In this document: positions 20,399-31,147 of the stretch, piece after piece
Position numbering within the stretch: position 1 is the first letter of the stretch
Layout: each line of letters opens with the position of its first letter
IMG/VR virus record: IMGVR_UViG_3300046047_000272
Strand: one strand, 5' to 3'
DNA length: 64,000 nt
Origin: a virus
Taxonomy: Duplodnaviria > Heunggongvirae > Uroviricota > Caudoviricetes
Translations under genes and position numbers: made by a program
Notes under the pieces: model-generated
Database searches by the model: none
What the model was told of the DNA's origin: nothing
The model's input: only the letters and a program-made list of their open reading frames with translations

Positions 20399-22609
20399 TC
20401 ACGACAACAACACTGACGCAGGATCAATCACCGGCTCTACTCGATGATGCCGACCAACCCATCGTGCAGGCACGATGTCAGCTCCAGTGACGAACGAATT
20501 CCTCCGCTCAGCCGTCGCAAACGGCACAACCGAGTAATCCTCACCATGAACCAATCCCAACGCGTCACCCGCACGAGTAATCGCATCACCAATCATATGA
20601 TTAGGAACCAACCAAATCACCCGATCATACAACGTCTTACCAAGATCACAAGCATATGAGGCCAATATCCTCTTATACTCAACCGTCTTCTTCTCACTCA
20701 ACTCTAACTCCACGGCCAATGACCTACTCGAACCATCACCCATCCGCCTCTTCCTCGCGACCACCATATCAGGAAGATGATCCAACAACGCGAACTCGTC
20801 CCCAAGATCACGCCGCAACCTCGGCCTATTCGACGCCACATCCAACCGCTGCTCAATCGGCGTCAACCCACCATCAGACCACACATCGTTCCCCCAAATC
20901 ACCCACAACCACATGTCCGCGCCACGAGCATCAGGTCTCAACGCCGCCCAATCAGGAGCGTCCTCCACACCCTCATCACCACGCTTCACCGCACGAGCCC
21001 AATCAGCATACCATGAATCCACATGCTCACCACCAGGACCAACACCACCCAACAATCCCCTACGATACGCAACCGGCAACAATCCACGATGACCCTGCCG
21101 AATCTTACTATACGCTGAACGATACTCCCTCTCAGACACCAACTCAGCGTCACCATCAGCCAACTCACCACGAACACGAGACCACTCATCACCCCCAAGA
21201 CCCAACACATCAGGAGCATCATCCCGACCAGACAACAACCATGAAGCCACACTCGACAAGCCAAGCGTATGCGACTGCGACAACGGATTCAACCTATCCA
21301 TCGACACACCACCAAGCCACGGATGCCTCGAATGCACACAACCAGCATCAGTCACCATCCACAACCTCGGACCAGCAAACAACTGCGCACACCGCGCAAA
21401 CCCCAAATCAACCCACGAATCAAACCGACGATCAACACGAGAAGCCGTCTTATCACGCCAACCACCAACACGAGCCAATTGAGCAGACGTCGAATACGAC
21501 CACCTCGACAAGAAATCCAACGCACCAACATCACGCCTAGTAAACCGCACCGGCCGACGCAACTTCCACTCCAACACCTGCAAATCACGAGCCAACTCAG
21601 GATCAATATCAGCAACCTGAGCAAACTCATGCAACCGACCAGCCACACCACCATACACCTCAGACACCCGACGCGCCGCACCACGGCCACCACCAAGCGC
21701 AATACCCTCCTGCAAAGCCACCCCATCCACAGGCCGACCCGCATCACGACCACCCTCAACAGGCGCATCAACCTCAGAAGCCATCACACCATGATATCTA
21801 CCAGCCGGACCACGAAAACCACGATCACCAGACCCAGACGCTCCATCCTCATCCAATGCAGTAGAGACACTCACCATATCATCAGGTTCATCGTCACCAC
21901 CATCATCACGGTCCTCAACCACACCATCGTCTATATCATCAAGATCCCACGCATCGTCATCATCACCATCACCCTCAACCCACTCACCATCATCTCCATC
22001 ACGATCATCATCCTCACGAGTATGATGACTCATGATATGATTATCGTCATTAGTGTCAGCATCATGGACATGATCATCACCCCCAACAACTACATCACGA
22101 CCAACACGTATAGCGTCCTGACCATCGTCTCTACCGACCACATCATCATTACTAACATCATCATGATGACCAGCCATATGATTATCACCATTAGATAGAG
22201 AACCATCACCATGATCATCCTTACCAAGAGTCATGTCCTCAGTAGTAGGATCATCAGGAATCACAAACACTAATCCATCATCAGCGTTCTCATGTTGATC
22301 AGAGGACTCACGACTATCACCATGTCCACTCAACGGATGATCATCATGACTAGATGCCGTATCCGTATGACGATCTACTATAAGAGATGCATGATGATCA
22401 CCCTGACTAGAACGATCTACATGAATAGGATAATCAACCTGACTATGATCATTGTCTGCATGTTCCGTATCGTCTTCATGACTCACATCATGAGTATCTA
22501 CACTAGGTGGAGTAGATGACGTATCCTCGTCGTCTTCAGGTATGACGAAGACCAATCCAATGTCCTCATTGTCCACAGGATCCATATCAAAAGGATTCAC
22601 TTTCATCAT
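20399..22609 (-). CDS. replication-relaxation family-like protein (wHTH + PD-(D/E)XK) with acidic N-terminus
   Basis: RDVGALDFLSRWSYSTSAQLA wHTH; HTLGL; HLPDMVV...LAVELELSEK...YKRILASY. Confidence 0.65.
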   Translation of the reverse strand: MMKVNPFDMDPVDNEDIGLVFVIPEDDEDTSSTPPSVDTHDVSHEDDTEHADNDHSQVDYPIHVDRSSQGDHHASLIVDRHTDTASSHDDHPLSGHGDSRESSDQHENADDGLVFVIPDDPTTEDMTLGKDDHGDGSLSNGDNHMAGHHDDVSNDDVVGRDDGQDAIRVGRDVVVGGDDHVHDADTNDDNHIMSHHTREDDDRDGDDGEWVEGDGDDDDAWDLDDIDDGVVEDRDDGGDDEPDDMVSVSTALDEDGASGSGDRGFRGPAGRYHGVMASEVDAPVEGGRDAGRPVDGVALQEGIALGGGRGAARRVSEVYGGVAGRLHEFAQVADIDPELARDLQVLEWKLRRPVRFTRRDVGALDFLSRWSYSTSAQLARVGGWRDKTASRVDRRFDSWVDLGFARCAQLFAGPRLWMVTDAGCVHSRHPWLGGVSMDRLNPLSQSHTLGLSSVASWLLSGRDDAPDVLGLGGDEWSRVRGELADGDAELVSEREYRSAYSKIRQGHRGLLPVAYRRGLLGGVGPGGEHVDSWYADWARAVKRGDEGVEDAPDWAALRPDARGADMWLWVIWGNDVWSDGGLTPIEQRLDVASNRPRLRRDLGDEFALLDHLPDMVVARKRRMGDGSSRSLAVELELSEKKTVEYKRILASYACDLGKTLYDRVIWLVPNHMIGDAITRAGDALGLVHGEDYSVVPFATAERRNSFVTGADIVPARWVGRHHRVEPVIDPASVLLS

Positions 22610-23640
22610 ACGTCATCACCAATCCACGTTAGATACTCTATACCATGTCCACAGGATGTTGACATCACTCAGAACAGATATCTCACTATAACAGTAAGAT
22701 ATACGTATCTCACTATTGTCATGAAGTCCGTCTACAGGAAGACCATAATTTTCTCCTGAAAACACCCGTTAACAGCAATCACCAAAGAACCACCAATCTC
22801 ACCCTCAACATCACAACGCAGTCTAGACGATGACAGACCCCACTCCGGGCATCCTCGCACCCATGTGCGAGGCCACCCTCCGCGGGGACCCTGTCCCTCA
22901 GTGTCTAGACCTCGTAGCCCTGCCTGTCCGCAAGACCCCCGCTGGGGGTCCTGTGCACAGGGGCTGCTCGCAGTGGATGGGCCACCTGGCCCATCCCTGT
23001 GCTCAGATCCATGGACACACCGCATGGTGTGTCCATGGATCGTGTGATGTTCACAGGCGTGCATCCAATCATGTGTGCATTGATCAACATGATGGGTGCA
23101 TCTAGCATCCACCCAGTGGATGCTAGTGGCCTGCAATACGCGCCTCATCGTGATGCGATGAAGCGAGGAACGTGAGTCGAGGAGCCAGGATCGTGGTCAC
23201 CCATGGTGAGCATGGCCTGGTGAAGAGACGAGCGTCTCGCGAGAGTGGATCGTAGATGGAGAAGCGGCATGCTAGCATAGCTGATACCAAGAGGCGTGCA
23301 GACAGGATAGCAGGATGCCATCCAGTGGTCATACAGATCGTGGATACATGATGCGTATATGACAGCGAACATCTGAGGGCGACAGCAATCATCGAGGGAG
23401 AGGAGATGCCACCCGGGTGGCATCTGTGAAGAGGGGATGCGGCGAGTGGGTGATCGTAGGCAATGATGGATAGGAGTATGATAAAGGATAAGAAGAGCGG
23501 GCGGAGCGGAAGATGACGTGGAGGGAGATGGTGGTGAGGGGAAGAGGCGGAAGATGGAAGGAGGCGGCGTGGCCGGGTGAATGGTGGTGGTTTTTTCTTT
23601 TTTTTGATGCGGTGTCTTGTTGATGCTTCCTTGTATTATG
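22610..23640. other. candidate origin (oriV and/or oriT): gene-free hairpin cluster at strand-skew switch
   Basis: Inverted repeats at 22853-22872, 22934-22950, 22975-22996, 23006-23041, 23102-23126, 23404-23425. The + strand is C/A-rich to the left and G/T-rich to the right. Confidence 0.6.
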
Positions 23641-23642
23641 GC

Positions 23643-24218
23643 TTATGCTGTGATGATGGCTGTTCCCTTGGTGAAGCGCATGTTCACATTGTCTATGGTG
23701 GCTTGTGACAGATTAGCTTTGTTGATGATGGCATCGCTGAGGTCTACATTGGTAAAGATCGTGTCTTTGAGGCTTGCTGAGGATAGGTTTGCATAGCAGA
23801 AGAGGGCTTTATGGAGATTGGCCTTGTCGAAGATGGTGTGCCGGCATGTTGTGTTGATAAGATTAGCATGGTGTAGATTCGCGTTGGTGAAGATGGCGTG
23901 GTTGAGGACGGCTCCTACTAGTCGAGCGTTGGTGAGGTTGGCTCCTGTGAAGATGGTTGAGGACAGGTTGCATCCTCTGAGGTCTGCTCCTGTTAGATCG
24001 GCGTTGGTGAAGTTGATGCCGGATAGGTCTCCTTGGTGGAAGTCTGCTCCTTGCATGTTGTCTGGGTTGACGCCGTAGGCTATGATTCGCTGTCGATTGG
24101 TGGTGGCTTTGCGATTGATGGCTTTGGTGAGTATTCTTGTGGTGATTGGGGTGATGATGATCTTTTCTATGGGATTGGTGATGGATTGTATGGTGCGTTT
24201 GATGAGGCGTGTGTTCAT
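23643..24218 (-). CDS. pentapeptide repeat protein
   Basis: Tandem A(D/N)L/F-x-x repeats (ADLTG, ANLTN, ANLHH, ANLSS). Confidence 0.9.
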   Translation of the reverse strand: MNTRLIKRTIQSITNPIEKIIITPITTRILTKAINRKATTNRQRIIAYGVNPDNMQGADFHQGDLSGINFTNADLTGADLRGCNLSSTIFTGANLTNARLVGAVLNHAIFTNANLHHANLINTTCRHTIFDKANLHKALFCYANLSSASLKDTIFTNVDLSDAIINKANLSQATIDNVNMRFTKGTAIITA

Positions 24219-24332
24219 GATGTGCTCCTGGGTGTGGTGTTGATGGGTGGTTCTTATTATACGTGGATTGGTGATTCGACGCGCGGGTGATGGTGATGAT
24301 GGGTGTTGGTTCTTGGTGACTCAGTGTAATGG

Positions 24333-25025
24333 CTAGTCGATGCTCTCGTAGAGGCTTGATGATAGGGCTTCTTCAAGATCATTGGTTGTTGGAGTATGGT
24401 TGATGTCGGTGGTGCCTGTCCATTCCCTGATGGCCATGAGGAGTTTGACCTTGGATTCCCTGCACATGTTGTAGCCGTAGCGGGTGTATTTGAACATGCG
24501 TTGGAATGTTGATAGGGGCATGACCATATCGTCGTCGATGACGAGACGGTGGGTGGTTAGGTGCTCGAAGAAGTCGGGGTGGAATACGGCCTCGTAGCGT
24601 ATGCTCTTGCCGTCGGCGATCATGCGGTAGGCGAATTTGGTGATGCTGAAATCGAATCCGTTGATGATGTTCTCAGCGGTGCCGTAAGAGTAGGTGACGA
24701 GATCGACGCTGGTATGGTCGCGGCGTAGTCCGGTGGCGTTAGCATTGGTGTATGATTGTTCCCATCCGTCGCTGATCATGCGGTTATAGGTGTCCTTCAT
24801 GTTCTGCTCGTTGATGAAGTAGAGGTCGAGGTCTCGTGGGCGGGCTCCGGTGAAGACGTGTTTGGCGAAGCCACCGGCGATGCAGTCGCCGTCATGGTGG
24901 AGGTATTGGTTGAATTGGCTGAGTTGTGGTTTGAAGTTGGCGCCATCTTCTACGGTCCAGTAGGTGGTGTTGTGACTCATGATGTGCTCCATTCGATAGG
25001 CGTGTTGGGTGATGGTAATGATCAC
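24333..25025 (-). CDS. nucleotidyltransferase-fold protein (poly(A) polymerase/CCA head-like)
   Basis: IAGG...PRDLDLYF (GG + DxD), FDFSITKF. Confidence 0.7.
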   Translation of the reverse strand: MIITITQHAYRMEHIMSHNTTYWTVEDGANFKPQLSQFNQYLHHDGDCIAGGFAKHVFTGARPRDLDLYFINEQNMKDTYNRMISDGWEQSYTNANATGLRRDHTSVDLVTYSYGTAENIINGFDFSITKFAYRMIADGKSIRYEAVFHPDFFEHLTTHRLVIDDDMVMPLSTFQRMFKYTRYGYNMCRESKVKLLMAIREWTGTTDINHTPTTNDLEEALSSSLYESID

Positions 25026-25165
25026 TATCTGTTATTGTGATGATAACATAGGCTGATGACATGCGCATGGTGATGCGGGCTTTGGGCATGATGTGATTAG
25101 CTGATTGTGTTGTTGATTTGGTACGGGTGTGTTATGATGAGTGTCATGATCAACGATAGGTAAGG

Positions 25166-25354
25166 ATGATTAGTATGGGTAAGGCATTTGCTGGTGGCGG
25201 TATTGGATTGTTGAGTGTGCTTGGCGTGGTTCTGGTCGTGTTGAAACTGAGTCATGTGATTACTTGGTCATGGTGGTTGGTTTCTGTCCCCATGGTTGTT
25301 GCAGGCTGTGATCCTGATAATTATTGGTTATATCGATCATATGTAACGATGTGA
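25166..25354 (+). CDS. small membrane protein (LKL..VI.WSWW family), possibly frameshifted
   Basis: VVLKLSHVITWSWWLV; paralog at 27776. Confidence 0.55.
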   Translation: MISMGKAFAGGGIGLLSVLGVVLVVLKLSHVITWSWWLVSVPMVVAGCDPDNYWLYRSYVTM

Positions 25355-25364
25355 TGGGGGTCTG

Positions 25365-26192
25365 ATGAATCTGGCTGAGAGGTTGGCTAGTGTAGAGGGT
25401 ACGATTAGCCTGTATGAGCGTGAGGGTGATGGTCACTTGCCGACGTGGAGTGAGTATGTTCCTGTGATGCACGATGATGGTGATCGTGGGAACGGTTGTA
25501 CGATGGTGAGGGTGATGAGTGAGGATGTGGTTACTCGGATTGTGGCTTGTGCTGGGGATGCTAGGACTGGTGTGGTGAATTTTGCGAGTCCTGTGCGTCC
25601 TGGTGGTGGGTGGCGGTCTGGTTGCTCTGCTCAGGAGGAGAGTCTGTGTAGGGCGTCCTTCCTGTCATGGGAGTTGGAGTGGTTTGATGATGAGTATTAT
25701 GGTGTGAATCGTGAGCATGTCCTGGCGGGGATGTCCTTGCCGCATTTTGTGTATAGTCATGATGTGAAGTTCGTGAAGTGTCCGGTGGATGGTCGTGAGG
25801 TCGTGGTTAATCCCGTGTATGTTGATGTGGCTTCGATGGCTGCGCCTAATAGGCGGTTGAATGATGGATCGTATGTTGATGCTGATTATGAGCGTGATGT
25901 GACGTATAAGTTGAAGCAGGTTCTTAGAGCGTTCAAGCGGTATGGGCGTGAGACGATTATTCTTGGCGCGTTTGGTTGTGGTGTGTTTGGTAACGATCCT
26001 AGGATGGTTGCTCGGGTGTCGATGAGCCTGTTGCTGTCTGATGAATTCGCTGGTGTATTCAGGACGGTCTTCTTCAGCGTGTATGGTCGCGGTGAGCATT
26101 ATATGGCGTTTGTTGATGTTCTTCGTGTGGTGGGTGATGCCCGGGTGTCTGGTGACGGGTTGATGACATGCCTTGGTGCTGGCAGGGTGTAG
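25365..26192 (+). CDS. TIGR02452/DUF2263 bacterial PARG-like macrodomain protein
   Basis: VNFASPVRPGGGW..G..AQEESLCR; ILGAFGCGVFGNDP. Confidence 0.85.
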   Translation: MNLAERLASVEGTISLYEREGDGHLPTWSEYVPVMHDDGDRGNGCTMVRVMSEDVVTRIVACAGDARTGVVNFASPVRPGGGWRSGCSAQEESLCRASFLSWELEWFDDEYYGVNREHVLAGMSLPHFVYSHDVKFVKCPVDGREVVVNPVYVDVASMAAPNRRLNDGSYVDADYERDVTYKLKQVLRAFKRYGRETIILGAFGCGVFGNDPRMVARVSMSLLLSDEFAGVFRTVFFSVYGRGEHYMAFVDVLRVVGDARVSGDGLMTCLGAGRV

Positions 26193-26260
26193 CCTTGGTG
26201 ATTGGTTGTGCATTGGCTGCGATGATGGTGATGCTGGGAACGGGGTTCATCTGGTGGTGA

Positions 26261-26554
26261 TTGCTGATTGCGTTTGATGGTGGTCTGGTGTATACTGATC
26301 ATATGGATAGTATGAGTGATGGGAGTATGTCGATGACTGGTCGGAGCGTGATTGTTGAGGGGTGGCTGCCTGTTGGCACTGGCGTGTGCGCGCGATGTGA
26401 TCGTGAGCGTGAGGTTGATTCGATACCATTGTGTGAGGATTGTTGGGCTCAGTATGCTTTTGATCTTGAAGAGCAGGATCGGGAGGAGAGGCGTCGATTG
26501 GAGCTGGGCGATCTTGCGGCGTCGCATCAGAGAGAGGCTGATGGATGGCTATGA
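26261..26554 (+). CDS. small Zn-finger protein
   Basis: CARC...CEDC. Confidence 0.45.
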   Translation: MLIAFDGGLVYTDHMDSMSDGSMSMTGRSVIVEGWLPVGTGVCARCDREREVDSIPLCEDCWAQYAFDLEEQDREERRRLELGDLAASHQREADGWL

Positions 26555-27096
26555 TGGATGATCGTGATGATAGAGATAGACATGATATGAATGATGTGAT
26601 GGCTGATGAAGACGATCATGTCGAGAGGGGTGGTCATAGGATACCTGAGGGCGTGTTCCTCGCCTTGGGTATCCTCATAACGAATATTATGATGATAGGC
26701 ATTCTTGCTATTCCTGCGCATATTCAGGAACATAATAATTATCTCATGTCGTGGAAGATGTCTAGGGTGACTAGTGGTGATGTTACGGTCAGTAGTGATA
26801 TGCGTCTGGTATCCACGGCTATTGTGGATGATGGATCGTTCCTGCATCAGCATAAGATCGTGACGATAACCATAGGTACGCCCCATCAGGATGCCGTGGC
26901 TAAGGACTGGTGTGTGGATTCTGGTGTTGATATGTCATGTCATCGAGCGTCAACGATGCGTGTTGATGGTGATCATGTCATCCTGGTGTTTCATACCCTG
27001 CCAGTGAAGGGGAATCATGTCATGTTATCAGGATTGTTCTATAAGGATAATAAGACTACTGCCGTGGCGATGAACGATGATTGGCCTGCTTGGTGA
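26545..27096 (+). CDS. membrane-anchored hypothetical protein, tandem paralog 1
   Basis: TM helix; DWCVDSGVD...LSGLFYKDN...NDDWPAW shared with next gene. Confidence 0.75.
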   Translation: MAMMDDRDDRDRHDMNDVMADEDDHVERGGHRIPEGVFLALGILITNIMMIGILAIPAHIQEHNNYLMSWKMSRVTSGDVTVSSDMRLVSTAIVDDGSFLHQHKIVTITIGTPHQDAVAKDWCVDSGVDMSCHRASTMRVDGDHVILVFHTLPVKGNHVMLSGLFYKDNKTTAVAMNDDWPAW

Positions 27097-27129
27097 TTGT
27101 GATCATGGTCTGGGTAAGGAGACGATGCG

Positions 27130-27708
27130 ATGATGGGTGTAGGTAAGGAGAGACGGGTCATGGTGAGGAATGGTATGCGTCGCCATGATGTGCTCATGAA
27201 TCTGCGGATTATCGGTGGTATCATTGCGGCTATTATCATAGAAGTTGCGTTGGTGTTTGGAGCGGCGGCATACCATGATCATCAATACGATATTGTTGTA
27301 TGGCAGATGGATAGACTTCCATCATATTCCTTGTATCAGCTGCCATCATACGCTAAACTCAATGGAACCTTATTGATCAATGACAGGAATGCCGTATCGA
27401 GTGATGATATGAGCATAATACGATCAGAGGTCGTCCGTTATGGGTCGTTCTGGCATCATGATACACGGTCGTTGATCGTGATATCCTCACCTCATCATCA
27501 TACGAGTGATCGTGATTGGTGCATTGATTCGGGTGTCGATTTCCAGTGTCATAAGCCATCATCGATGACGACTGATGATCATGGTCATCTGGTATTGTCC
27601 TTTAACGATCTCCCCGTGAAGAGTGGTCATACTATGCTCTCAGGGTTATTCTATAAGGATAACCTGGATACTGCTGTGTTGGTGAACGATGATTGGCCGG
27701 CTTGGTGA
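27130..27708 (+). CDS. membrane-anchored hypothetical protein, tandem paralog 2
   Basis: Same C-terminal motifs as 26545-27096. Confidence 0.75.
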   Translation: MMGVGKERRVMVRNGMRRHDVLMNLRIIGGIIAAIIIEVALVFGAAAYHDHQYDIVVWQMDRLPSYSLYQLPSYAKLNGTLLINDRNAVSSDDMSIIRSEVVRYGSFWHHDTRSLIVISSPHHHTSDRDWCIDSGVDFQCHKPSSMTTDDHGHLVLSFNDLPVKSGHTMLSGLFYKDNLDTAVLVNDDWPAW

Positions 27709-27775
27709 GCGTGAGCATGTGCTGGGTAAGGGGACGATGTGATGATGGAATTGTCTGTATTCGATTGGAGGATGA

Positions 27776-28090
27776 GTGATGAGTACTGATCAGCGTCAAC
27801 AGGGTCATTTGCGGAGGAATAGGTCGGTGCCATTGTGCATGTGGGGATCAGTGCTGGCCGTGTGCGTGCTGATCACCGTGTTGAAACTCTGTCACGTGAT
27901 CAGTTGGTCATGGTGGTGGCTGCTCGCACCGGTGTCCGCTCCTGTGATCATGGTGATCATAATGATTGGACTCGTCATACTCAAGGATCGAGTGGATGCG
28001 CTGATCGAGTACTTGAAGGATAGGAGATTGGCCCATCAGATACGAGTGTCCAGAGCGGTACACGATGCTGCCGCTGGGCGTGTCGATTGA
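27776..28090 (+). CDS. small membrane protein (LKL..VI.WSWW family)
   Basis: VLKLCHVISWSWWWLLAP. Confidence 0.65.
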   Translation: MMSTDQRQQGHLRRNRSVPLCMWGSVLAVCVLITVLKLCHVISWSWWWLLAPVSAPVIMVIIMIGLVILKDRVDALIEYLKDRRLAHQIRVSRAVHDAAAGRVD

Positions 28091-28149
28091 TGAGCTGACT
28101 GGTTAGCCGTATTGGATGGTTGCGTATTAGGGAGGGGTGCTGAGTAGTC

Positions 28150-28545
28150 ATGTTATTATCTGGTATTGGTCATGTAAGGACGAACGATTTCTCAGATTCA
28201 TTGATGATGGATAAGATTTCTGGTCTTTGGCGAGATTGTGCTGAAGCGGCGGCCAAGGAGCGTGCTGACGGCAGGTCGTTCTATGCGGTGTATCATGATT
28301 ATGATTCGGATTATCGTGGTGATTATACGTTATCGTTGTGTAGGGAGAGCGACCATGGCGGTGATTTTGATACTGACGCGTTGACGTATCAGTCATTTCC
28401 TGTGCCGATTGGAGACGATGGTGTGGTCACGGCCTGGAAGAAGATATGGGATGCGGAGCGACGAGGAGTATTGCGGAGATCCTACTCTGTTGATTTTGAG
28501 CGGTATAGACCTGATGGCACGGTCAGTATCCAGATAGCCGTATAA
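28150..28545 (+). CDS. GyrI-like/Cass2 effector-binding domain protein
   Basis: RTNDF...KISGLW; YAVYHDYDSDYRGDY; AWKKIW...R.YSVDFERY. Confidence 0.75.
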   Translation: MLLSGIGHVRTNDFSDSLMMDKISGLWRDCAEAAAKERADGRSFYAVYHDYDSDYRGDYTLSLCRESDHGGDFDTDALTYQSFPVPIGDDGVVTAWKKIWDAERRGVLRRSYSVDFERYRPDGTVSIQIAV

Positions 28546-28550
28546 CAACT

Positions 28551-29105
28551 ATGATGGGTAAGGAGATGAGTCTTGTGATGCTGGTGAGTACGATGGTTGA
28601 ACCTGAGTTGGATGGCGTGTACCTGTTGTCATCCAAGGACACGGAGGGCGTTGACCCGTGTCGACGAGTTGATGGTATCTGGTATGCTGATTGGCTGAGT
28701 GATGGTTATGAGTGGGATGATTTCATTGAGATTATGAATGGTGATGGTGATGATCATTATCTTGAATCATTGGACGATCATGATGTGATGGGTAGTGTGA
28801 GAGCATTATCCTTGACTGATGATGAGCGGAGCGTGCTCCTGGACGAGTTGGGGGATCAGGCAATGGTCCATCAGGTGATGTCGGCATTGAGAACTATTGG
28901 TAAGATGCGTGAACAACGACGAGTCCATGATCGTGCCTACGAGCTGGCTCATCGTAAGCCTGTGAGACGGGTAACCGCGGAGGAAGCCGATTCCTTGGCC
29001 ACGGCCATGCGACGTGAACAAGAAGATGAACGTCGCCGTGAGGAGATTGAAGAGACTCATGATCGGTTCCTGCGATGTGTATATAATGATGATTACCGTC
29101 GCTAG
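28551..29105 (+). CDS. hypothetical protein
   Basis: 184-aa ORF in operon. Confidence 0.6.
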   Translation: MMGKEMSLVMLVSTMVEPELDGVYLLSSKDTEGVDPCRRVDGIWYADWLSDGYEWDDFIEIMNGDGDDHYLESLDDHDVMGSVRALSLTDDERSVLLDELGDQAMVHQVMSALRTIGKMREQRRVHDRAYELAHRKPVRRVTAEEADSLATAMRREQEDERRREEIEETHDRFLRCVYNDDYRR

Positions 29106-29331
29106 TATTGGTGTGTTGTTGATTAATGGCGTCCTATGAGCAGACGATGCTGATCTGAATGATGGCTATGGTTGTTATCCTGGCGGTATGGTGATATAAT
29201 CATCTTATGAGCAATGCGCATGGGTCCTTATCAGGCATCCATGGCTGACTCGTTGTGTAGCTGCGGCAGCAACAGTCTGCTCTGATATACGATCCTGTGA
29301 CCATCATGGCCATGGGATCGTATTTTTTATA

Positions 29332-30099
29332 TCACAGACTGTTAGTGTCATCCGTGTTATCATCAGTTGTTGATCGTAGCCATTCAGACATGGTGCAGGT
29401 GCCGTACAACCATCCTTCACCATAATCTGCACCATAGGATTCGTCAGGGTAGTGCGGGTAGTGAAGATCAGGGTCAGTCATGATGAGATCATCGTACTGG
29501 CTATTCATGAGCACTGATATGCCACCGGACCAGAATCCTCTCAACCATGAGTCGTTAGCCTTACTGTAGATGAGTTTTACTAATGATAGCCAATCATCAT
29601 TTATGGTCTTACTACGGATGTCTGCGTACTTCCAGTAACCATTCTTCACGGTGAGATCGCGGCGTGGCGTTTTAGGATAACTCTTCCATCCGATCTGTTT
29701 CGATGGTCTGATGATACGAGTAATCCACTTGGCTGGGATGCGTCGTGTCTTCAAGATGATTTCAGCACCCATGCGTTCACTAATGGTGAGACCATGATGC
29801 CAAGTGACGGCTTCCCGAACGGTTCCTATGCTGATCGGTTCTGATTGGACGATGGCTCGTTGAGGATAATACCCGTATGAGCACGATGTGCTTGCCGGCA
29901 CGTTGATAACCACCGCTATCATGGTCGAACGATGCGATGGTTTCAACTCACTCATCCACTGGAAGTCCGTCGTGGCGTTCCCTGTGAGCGGAACAGTGAA
30001 TATGCCGTCTGATGGTTGCCCGTGGTATCTGCCGACTTTGATACCATGTCGTGCGATCTTCTTCTCCAGTGATGCTGATGTCATATGGATGAGTTTCAT
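29332..30099 (-). CDS. hypothetical protein, possible ADP-ribosyltransferase fold
   Basis: N-terminal H.T......I...GI pattern (LIHMTSASLEKKIARHGIK); has its own promoter repeat. Confidence 0.45.
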   Translation of the reverse strand: MKLIHMTSASLEKKIARHGIKVGRYHGQPSDGIFTVPLTGNATTDFQWMSELKPSHRSTMIAVVINVPASTSCSYGYYPQRAIVQSEPISIGTVREAVTWHHGLTISERMGAEIILKTRRIPAKWITRIIRPSKQIGWKSYPKTPRRDLTVKNGYWKYADIRSKTINDDWLSLVKLIYSKANDSWLRGFWSGGISVLMNSQYDDLIMTDPDLHYPHYPDESYGADYGEGWLYGTCTMSEWLRSTTDDNTDDTNSL

Positions 30100-30132
30100 G
30101 ACGGCTTCCTATTCCTTAGCTTGTTGATGTGT

Positions 30133-30174
30133 TTGATACTCTGATTATACGTGGATGAAGGATTAGACACGCCG
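30133..30174 (-). promoter_or_regulatory. repeated promoter GGCGTGTC-N16-TATAAT
   Basis: Near-identical to 40861-40906, 42731-42784, 43221-43275. Confidence 0.75.
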
Positions 30175-30346
30175 TGAGACGATATGATGGTGATGCTGAT
30201 ACTGGTGTGTGGACGGTCTGGTAGCATGTCGTCATGGTATGTGATTGTTATATGATCTACAATGTGGCGTGTCGTCATGGATTGTATGATACAATGATTA
30301 TTGATATGGTATAAGATCGTTTTTTCATGGTGAGGAGGGTAGTGTC

Positions 30347-30934
30347 ATGTCGTTACGTGGTGTTCGTATGAAGAGGGTTGGTCTTGATGTGGCTACGCCG
30401 AAGGACATTTATCATTTGATTCCTAAGAGTCAGGTGCTGATTGTTGACTCCTCAATGACGGTGCAGGATATTCTGCCGTGGGAGCGTGCGGCTGCCATGA
30501 TTGTCACTGATGTGGCTTGGACGCTACTGGAGGATCCTGCTGGTCGGGTGATTCATACGCCTAGGGATACGATGCCTTGGCCTGTGGTGGCTTGCTTGTA
30601 TAGGATGGTTCCGCGTGATCATCATAGTAAAGAGTATCATCCGGATGATCCTGTGTCGAAGCACACGATTCTTGAGCGTGATGGATGGACATGTCAGTAT
30701 TGTGGACAGTATGGTGACACCATTGATCATATTATCCCGAAGTCTAGGGGCGGCCCATCGACGTGGGGCAACATGTGCTGCGCTTGTCATGATTGCAATG
30801 CGTCAAAGGACAACATGACGCCAGATGAAGCTGACATGCATTGGCCTGAGATTCCTAGAATTGGCTCTGATTGGCGGCGCTCAAGGCTACAGGCCGCTCT
30901 ATTCGCTGAGTTAACGTCGATGTCCGCGGCGTGA
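30347..30934 (+). CDS. HNH endonuclease
   Basis: ILERDGWTCQYCG...TIDHIIPKSRGG..TWGN..CAC..CN..K. Confidence 0.9.
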   Translation: MSLRGVRMKRVGLDVATPKDIYHLIPKSQVLIVDSSMTVQDILPWERAAAMIVTDVAWTLLEDPAGRVIHTPRDTMPWPVVACLYRMVPRDHHSKEYHPDDPVSKHTILERDGWTCQYCGQYGDTIDHIIPKSRGGPSTWGNMCCACHDCNASKDNMTPDEADMHWPEIPRIGSDWRRSRLQAALFAELTSMSAA

Positions 30935-31147
30935 TATCGATATTATCGGAATGACGAGCATCCACATTTGATGTCCTATGATGTGGACGATTGTCATTCC
31001 TGTTTTTTTTACTGTCTACGGCTTATTCACTGATGACTTGATCTCTGATCTCGTTGATGAGGTCATAGAGGGGTGTCTGTCCACTATCCTGTAGCTGATG
31101 TTAGATTCATATTGATGCGTCAATGACAGCTAATAGGGGGTAATCAT

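Noticed and set aside
20444-22519. Long + strand ORFs (20656-21540, 21269-22198)
   Set aside because: Shadow frames of the minus-strand gene caused by extreme C/A skew; low-complexity H/T/P/I translations
22732-23423. ORFs within the hairpin region
   Set aside because: No RBS, overlapping on both strands, non-protein-like; better explained as structured non-coding DNA
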